NCBI GenBank assembly: GCA_963753285.1
Contig: CAVWBT010000001.1
Location: 115,194-179,193, forward strand
Direction of reading: 5' to 3'
Length of the DNA: 64,000 bases
Source of the DNA: an uncultured bacterium
GTDB taxonomy: Bacteria > Actinomycetota > Acidimicrobiia > Spongiisociales > ZC4RG35
Part shown: in pieces, positions 58,627-64,000 of the stretch
Layout of the letters: the number at the start of each line of letters is the position of its first letter
How positions within the stretch are numbered: the stretch's first letter is position 1
Notes under the pieces: model-generated
The model's input: the letters and a program-made list of their open reading frames with translations, nothing else
Told to the model about the DNA's origin: nothing
Databases searched by the model: none
Position numbers and translations under genes: made by a program

Positions 58627-59195
58627 TCGTCCTCGTAGCTCGCACCCAACAAGACGACGATGTCGGCCTCAGGTAGTCCATCGGGATTGAATTCGGTCAC
58701 GGCGTCGGGAAAGTTCGCCGCGAGGTCCTGAGCCTCCGGGCCGAAACCCTCCTTGTACCAGATGAGGGATTGGTCCAGCCGCGGCTCGAAGTTGTCGGGC
58801 TCGAGGGTGATGTAACCGAGCTCGTCGAGGAGATCGGTGACCCTGCCCGCCAGGCCGGCCGTGCCGACGCTGTTCAGGACAACGACCGTGACCTCTTCGG
58901 GCGGCCTGGCTTCGATGACCGGTACGGTCGTGGTCGTCGTCGTAGGAGCGTCCGTGGTCGTGGGGGCGGTCGTCGTCGTGGTCGGGGCCCGGGTCGTCGA
59001 GGTCGTGCTCGACTCGACGACCTGTGTCGTCTCCGAAGTCCCGGGAAGAGGATCAGGCGAGCGCCACGATTGGATGAGCCACAGGATCCCATACATCAGT
59101 GCGGCCACGATGACGATCCCCACGCCCATGATCGCTGCATCACGAGCGAACGCCGACTGACCGGACTTCGACGCGTGGCGACCGCGCGCCATCAC
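58623..59195 (-). CDS. LytR_C-domain protein (TM + Thr/Pro-rich linker + LytR C-terminal domain)
   Basis: VVVLNSVGTAGLAGRVTDLLDELGY matches the LytR_C pattern. Confidence 0.55.
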   Translation of the reverse strand: MMARGRHASKSGQSAFARDAAIMGVGIVIVAALMYGILWLIQSWRSPDPLPGTSETTQVVESSTTSTTRAPTTTTTAPTTTDAPTTTTTTVPVIEARPPEEVTVVVLNSVGTAGLAGRVTDLLDELGYITLEPDNFEPRLDQSLIWYKEGFGPEAQDLAANFPDAVTEFNPDGLPEADIVVLLGASYEDE

Positions 59196-59404
59196 GTGCC
59201 TCCGCTGATGAACCTGCGCAAGCGGCGGACGGTGAGCGGGTCGTAGCGGTCGGCTTCACCTGAGTCGAGCAACACGCGAAGCCTGGCGTAGTAGTCGGCC
59301 GGGTCCAGCCCGAGGACATCTGTGATGGTCAGATCCTTCGGGCCAGGAAGCAGCCACCAGGATCGCTCGAAGTCGATGATCTGTCTGTCGGTGGTCGTCA
59401 ACAT
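59192..59404 (-). CDS. DUF3263-domain small protein
   Basis: MLTTTDRQIIDFERSWW..YYARLRVLLDS, typical of the actinobacterial DUF3263 family. Confidence 0.5.
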   Translation of the reverse strand: MLTTTDRQIIDFERSWWLLPGPKDLTITDVLGLDPADYYARLRVLLDSGEADRYDPLTVRRLRRFISGGT

Positions 59405-59491
59405 GGGTCGCGAAAAGAGTATCGGTGGGCATTGGCAAACTGGCGGATTTGGACTCGGGTTTACCGGGCGCCGGTGCGACCATCCAGAGCC

Positions 59492-59869
59492 ATGGCACCA
59501 CTCCGCTCCTCGGTCGACATCGCTGCGCCGCCGGATATCGTCTGGGATCTGATCTCGAGATACGAGCATTGGCCCGCCTGGGGGGTGAGCATCACCGCCG
59601 TCGAGCCATCATCCGGGCGAGTCGGGGCCGGGGCGACGGGCCGCGTACGAACGGTCGTCGGCGTGTGGCTCCCGTTCGAGATCACCGAGGTCGCAGACGG
59701 TGAATCGTGGAGTTGGAAGGTTGCTGGCGTCTCTGCCACCGGGCATCGGGTGGATCCCACGGCGGCTGGGTGCCGGGTGACCTTCTCCGCTCCCGGCTGG
59801 GCGCCGTTCTATCTCCCCGTCCTCGCCAGGTCCCTTCAGCGGCTCGCACGGCGGTCCTCGGAGGCGTGA
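59492..59869 (+). CDS. SRPBCC (polyketide cyclase/dehydrase-like) family protein
   Basis: IAAPPDIVWDLISRYEHWPAW N-terminal signature. Confidence 0.5.
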   Translation: MAPLRSSVDIAAPPDIVWDLISRYEHWPAWGVSITAVEPSSGRVGAGATGRVRTVVGVWLPFEITEVADGESWSWKVAGVSATGHRVDPTAAGCRVTFSAPGWAPFYLPVLARSLQRLARRSSEA

Positions 59870-60000
59870 GCATCCTGGTGGGAAGGCACAGCAGGCGGTG
59901 GCGTCGCCGGTGACCCCTGGCGCCGCCGAAGGGGTCTAGTCCGTCCGGATCATTCCACAACAGTCCTCATCTCCGCCGGACAACCGCCGATAGAAACGGC

Positions 60001-60219
60001 ATGTGGGAATCAAACAATCGGCCTGGGAACATCGATGCCGGGGAGCGATGTGCTCGCTGCGGCAGGGTGACCACGGCCCGCGTCGCCCCCGGCCCTCGAT
60101 GCAATCGCTGCGTAGCAGATGCGATCGCCGCCGTTGCTCCTGTGCGAGAGGGATGGCTGCGCGAACGCACCGTCCGTCGCAAGTTCTCTCGAACCCCCCG
60201 GTACGGATTGCTCACCTGA
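60001..60219 (+). CDS. Small putative zinc-ribbon protein (72 aa)
   Basis: CARCG..(N15)..CNRC. Weak RBS. Confidence 0.25.
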   Translation: MWESNNRPGNIDAGERCARCGRVTTARVAPGPRCNRCVADAIAAVAPVREGWLRERTVRRKFSRTPRYGLLT

Positions 60220-60298
60220 GCAGAGACGGCGCCCCGACACTTCCCCGACGACCCTGCGATCATCGCCAGGTTTCGACACATCATGAACCCGTTGGGCT

Positions 60299-60790
60299 TC
60301 AGCGCACGGGCGTGACCGCCGGAACACCGCGAATCTGGATGCCGCCCATCACCGCCAGACAGTCGACGGTCAGCAGTGGCTCGCCGTGTGGATCACGGGA
60401 TCCGATCAGGTCGTTCGCCCCCATGAACGCCTTGCCGTCGAGCCGAACGTGCCAGTGGTCGGGGATGCGGACGTCGATTCCGCCCATCAACGTGGTGAGT
60501 CTGAGATGCGCTCCTTCGGGGGCGAGCGTTGCGCCGCGGAGATCCACCTCCACGCCGCCGGCGACCGTCACGATGGTGCCGGACTCGAGGTTCGGAGCCT
60601 CGCTCCGCCAATGCCTTCCCTGCATGAGACACACGATCTGGAAGTGATTGCTTCGTTCATCACCGTGCTCCGGAACCAACCGCTTCACGAGTTGGGCGAT
60701 CACCGGCACGGCAACCGCGCCGGCCAACATGATCTTCAGTACGAGCTGCCACATCCGTTTCACCAAATCACCTCCCCCCGAGTCTGTCAC
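60299..60790 (-). CDS. LiaF-like/toastrack-domain membrane-anchored protein
   Basis: N-terminal TM. Repetitive beta-rich C-terminus (..VEVDLRGATL..GGIDVRIPDHWHVRLDG..). Confidence 0.4.
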   Translation of the reverse strand: MTDSGGGDLVKRMWQLVLKIMLAGAVAVPVIAQLVKRLVPEHGDERSNHFQIVCLMQGRHWRSEAPNLESGTIVTVAGGVEVDLRGATLAPEGAHLRLTTLMGGIDVRIPDHWHVRLDGKAFMGANDLIGSRDPHGEPLLTVDCLAVMGGIQIRGVPAVTPVR

Positions 60791-60929
60791 ATCCCGTTCG
60801 AGGTTGTCGCCGAATGTCTCGGAGTCCTGCGTCGTGACGGGTCCGATGCCGGCGCTCGCCCGTCCGGACGAGCTCTCAAGACACCGATTGCACAGGACAT
60901 TCGGCCGATCAGACGGTTACCGTCATCCC

Positions 60930-62813
60930 ATGGGCTGGGGAGTCGGGTGGCAGGATCGACTGAGATATCGCTTCGACCGCCTGCTGGCGCGCGGGTCGGC
61001 GGCAACGATCATCTGGGTGGTCGGGTTGGCGATCTTCCTTGCGCTGATCGGTGGCGCCATCTTCTGGACCCTCGATCTGGAGTTCGACGGCCAGCGAGGC
61101 CCCGCTGAATCGTTCTGGCAGGCGTTCCTGATCGCCATCGGGAGCGGCGGCATCCTCGATGACGGGTGGGGGCCACGACTCGTGACCTTCACATTCGTCT
61201 TCGCCGGCGTCTTCCTGACCGGATCGCTGATCGGCGTGCTCGTCGCCGCCGTCAACAAGCGAGTCGACGAACTGCGCCGAGGTCGGGGCCGCGTGCTCGA
61301 ATCGGGCCACACGGTCGTGGCAGGCTGGTCGCCCAGACTCATGGCCGTGCTCGACGAGCTTCTCGAAGAGAACCCGGCCAAGAGGGGCGTCACGGTCGTC
61401 GTGCTCGCCGACCGGGACAAACAGGAGATGGAGGACGCCTTTCGGGCGCGCCATCGTGGCCCAGACCGGAACAGGGTCCTGTTCCGCAGCGGCGATCCGA
61501 CCAGCCGGGCGGATCTGGAATTGGTGGGTGTCGATCAGGCGAGGGCGGTCATCGTGCTCTCCGAAGGGAGCTTCGTCGATGCAACCGCGGTCCGGCGTTC
61601 GCTCGCCGCTCACACCGTCGAACCAGACGACGCCCACGTGGTGGTCGAGATCGGCAATCCACGAGTGGCACGCTCCCTCTCGGCGGCGACATCCGGCGAG
61701 ATCGCCGTGGTTTCGGTCGAAGACATCGTCGCCGACATGCTTGCCCAGTCGGTGCGTAGAGCACACCTCGCCGCCGTCTTCGATCAACTGCTCTCCTATG
61801 GAGGCAGCGAGTTGTACGTCGTGCCCCCCGGTGCGTTCGTCGGCATGAGATTCGGCGACGCGGTGGTACGTGCCGACGCGATGTCGGTCCTGGGTCTCAT
61901 CGGCGACGAAGGCGTACCGGTGCTGCTTCCAGATCCGAAGCGGGTGATCGGAAAACGGGACCGCCTCGTCGTCGTCGCTGCCGAACCCGGCCCTCCGACT
62001 CTCGCATCCCCGTCCTTCAACCTGTCTGACTGCGCTCCGGAGGTCCAGCGACCGCTGTGCGCACTGCTGATCGGGTGGAACGAGGCCGCCGGGGGCATGC
62101 TCGACCGCGTAGCGGACTATCTGCCGGTCGGATCGAGAATCGAGGTCCTCGCCGACACGACGCTCCTCGAGGACGGAACCCCTCGGTGGGCGTGGCCCTT
62201 CGCCGGATCGTTCACACACACCAAACACCAGCCCGAGCATGTGCTGGCAGAGATCGACCAACGTCGACCCGATGTGGTCGTGGTGCTCGGCTATTCGGAC
62301 GGCATGAACCACGCCGAAGCGGACGCGCTGACCCTGCTGACACTCATGACGCTCGACCAGGCCCGGCGTTCACACAGGGTCGACATCGACCGGGTCGTTG
62401 CTCAACTCTTCGATCGCGACCTCGCTCCGCTGGCGGCGAATCACGTAGCAGGCGGGGACTTCGTCATCACCGACGCGCTCGCCAGCCGGTTGCTGGTACA
62501 TGCCTCCCGGAATCCGGGGGTCTCGGCGGTGTATCGCGAGCTCTTCGACGCTTCTGGCCCCATCGTGGACCTGTTCGAGGTGTCCAGCGGCGACGTGACC
62601 TACGGTTCGGTCGTGTCCTCACTGTCGGCCGACGGCGTGGTGCCGATCGGTGCGATCCTCGACGGGAAGGTGCTGCTCACTCCACCGCTCGACTCGACGC
62701 TCCGCATGGGCCCCGACGATCGAATCGTGGCAGTCAGGCCGTCGGCGCTCAGAGAGATCCGAATCGTCATCGAACCGGCAGAGTCGATGGTCGATCGAAC
62801 CGCCGTCTCCTGA
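60930..62813 (+). CDS. Ion channel (two-TM pore, non-GYG filter GSGG) with tandem RCK/TrkA-like cytoplasmic domains, CASTOR/POLLUX-like architecture
   Basis: Pore region FWQAFLIAIGSGG between two TM helices. Two Rossmann-like RCK segments (GHTVVAGWSPR.., VVVLGYSDG..). Confidence 0.55.
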   Translation: MGWGVGWQDRLRYRFDRLLARGSAATIIWVVGLAIFLALIGGAIFWTLDLEFDGQRGPAESFWQAFLIAIGSGGILDDGWGPRLVTFTFVFAGVFLTGSLIGVLVAAVNKRVDELRRGRGRVLESGHTVVAGWSPRLMAVLDELLEENPAKRGVTVVVLADRDKQEMEDAFRARHRGPDRNRVLFRSGDPTSRADLELVGVDQARAVIVLSEGSFVDATAVRRSLAAHTVEPDDAHVVVEIGNPRVARSLSAATSGEIAVVSVEDIVADMLAQSVRRAHLAAVFDQLLSYGGSELYVVPPGAFVGMRFGDAVVRADAMSVLGLIGDEGVPVLLPDPKRVIGKRDRLVVVAAEPGPPTLASPSFNLSDCAPEVQRPLCALLIGWNEAAGGMLDRVADYLPVGSRIEVLADTTLLEDGTPRWAWPFAGSFTHTKHQPEHVLAEIDQRRPDVVVVLGYSDGMNHAEADALTLLTLMTLDQARRSHRVDIDRVVAQLFDRDLAPLAANHVAGGDFVITDALASRLLVHASRNPGVSAVYRELFDASGPIVDLFEVSSGDVTYGSVVSSLSADGVVPIGAILDGKVLLTPPLDSTLRMGPDDRIVAVRPSALREIRIVIEPAESMVDRTAVS

Positions 62814-62880
62814 GCGCTGCTCTCTGCGGTCGCGCACCTACGATCGCGTTGTTCATCCCATCCAGAAGAAAGGCTCCGCC

Positions 62881-63315
62881 GTGTCAGAACCCCTGTCCGA
62901 CGAAGCACTCGCGGAGATCTACCGGCTCACCGAGACGATCGCTGTCGTCGGCGCATCCGGCAACCCCGACAAGCCCGCCCACACCATCCCGGCGTATCTG
63001 CAGACGCAGGGCTTTCGAGTCATCCCCGTGAACCCAACGGCCGACGAGGTCCTTGGGGAGCGCACCGTCGTCTCGCTCGCAGACATCTCGGAGCCCGTAG
63101 ATGTGGTGAACGTCTTTCGCCCTGCCGCAGAGGCGCCGGGCATCGCCGAGCAGGCGGCCGAGCTCGGTGCCTCGACCCTGTGGCTTCAGTCCGGCATCGA
63201 ATCCACCGAGGCGCGAGAGGTCGCCACGGCTCGTGGCCTGACGGTCGTGATGGACACATGCATGGGTGCCACCCACCGACGCCTGATGAAAGCGGGGCTG
63301 CTCGGAAAGCGGTGA
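62881..63315 (+). CDS. CoA-binding domain protein (YccU-like)
   Basis: IAVVGASGNPDKPAHTIPAYLQTQGFRVIPVNP. GTG start after a gaaagg RBS. Confidence 0.6.
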   Translation: MSEPLSDEALAEIYRLTETIAVVGASGNPDKPAHTIPAYLQTQGFRVIPVNPTADEVLGERTVVSLADISEPVDVVNVFRPAAEAPGIAEQAAELGASTLWLQSGIESTEAREVATARGLTVVMDTCMGATHRRLMKAGLLGKR

Positions 63316-63403
63316 GCGACGGCGCGCGACCGCGGCGTGGTGCCGACCACAACGAGAAACGCCCCGAGCGTTGTGCTCGGGGCGTTTTGCAGATCGCGTG
63401 GAT

Positions 63404-63670
63404 CTACGAGTTGGGTCCGCCCTGCTTGACCGAACGCACGTACTCCGCCCAACCACCGAGCCCAGTGGCATACGGGTCTCCGTCGTGGAATTCGAGGGCT
63501 GGGACGCCCTTCGCCTTGAAGCCCGACTGCACGTAGCCCCAGTGGCCGGCGTGGAGTTGGGGGTCGTCGAAGGTGTTGCTGCCCGGCTGTGCAGGCTGCG
63601 CGAGTGCAGCAGTACCCATGGACATGACCAGAGCGAATGTGGCTCCGAGCGTGATGGTCTTCTTCCTCAT
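63404..63670 (-). CDS. Small secreted hypothetical protein
   Basis: Signal peptide MRKKTITLGATFALVMSMGTAALA. Confidence 0.4.
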   Translation of the reverse strand: MRKKTITLGATFALVMSMGTAALAQPAQPGSNTFDDPQLHAGHWGYVQSGFKAKGVPALEFHDGDPYATGLGGWAEYVRSVKQGGPNS

Positions 63671-64000
63671 GTATTGCCCTTTCATCCCTCGCTGCGGGTG
63701 CAGCTCGGAGGGCGTATACCCGACGGGTCGGCGGACAAACCTCGAAGGTCGAAGCCACGGCCTCTATGTGCGCTGCGGTCTCGCCAAAGCCCTGCGGGGC
63801 TCAGCGCTAGTCAGGCAGGGGAAGCGGCTGCGCTGCGTCGGGTCCGACGACCGTGGTCCACTCTCGTACCTGCCAGTTTGTCACGAGCCCCTGCAGAACG
63901 TAGGGGTCCGCCTCGGCGAACCGCTCGGCCGCTTCCGGCCCGTCGGATCGGAAGAGCAGAGCCGCTCCGTCTGCCGGATTGGCGAACGCGCCACCGAGGA

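Noticed and set aside
60003-60647. 214-aa plus-strand ORF
   Set aside because: Arg/Pro-rich. It overlaps the better-supported LiaF-like minus-strand gene. Only the small 60001-60219 zinc-ribbon ORF in another frame was kept, at low confidence.

Overview
High-GC (about 68%) actinobacterial chromosomal window, gene content typical of Actinomycetota: Bpa proteasome activator, DUF3263, DUF937, LytR_C, WS/DGAT, Tad pilus genes, ECF sigma/anti-sigma. All calls were made by eye from the six-frame translations and the nucleotide sequence; no database search was run. The first ~10 kb reads as a decayed mobile or accessory island. It holds a short tyrosine recombinase, an IS256-family transposase N-terminal fragment, CxxC..HY zinc-ribbon repeat proteins, a MucR zinc-finger plus helicase-associated-domain fusion, and secreted repeat proteins (HAF, NHL). 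An intact IS110-family element sits at ~17.2-18.3 kb. A 255-bp repeat (9345-9600 and 24078-24332) truncates a Tad pilus locus (cpaB-cpaE-cpaF'). The rest is housekeeping and accessory metabolism: an ECF sigma/anti-sigma pair, an S41 peptidase/amidohydrolase/tandem UDG-like operon, icd with a ~125-aa C-terminal extension, two MFS transporters, acyl-CoA dehydrogenase, two ferritin-like DUF2383 paralogs, queF, a NYN/OST-HTH protein, and an S8 protease with (SWSGx)n repeats. There is a tRNA-Arg(CCT) followed by three copies of a 123-bp hairpin-containing tandem repeat. The most unusual gene cluster is a four-gene catabolic carbamoyl operon (47.1-51.2 kb): a D-carbamoylase-like hydrolase, carbamate kinase, and two different transcarbamylases. 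Other non-standard signals are a three-member family of ~40-aa single-transmembrane peptides, a duplicated 99-nt structured intergenic element, a repeated small-protein plus zinc-ribbon module, and at least four frameshifts in otherwise conserved genes (icd, DUF937, WS/DGAT, EamA). A fifth possible case is the overlapping zinc-ribbon pair at 7767-8550.
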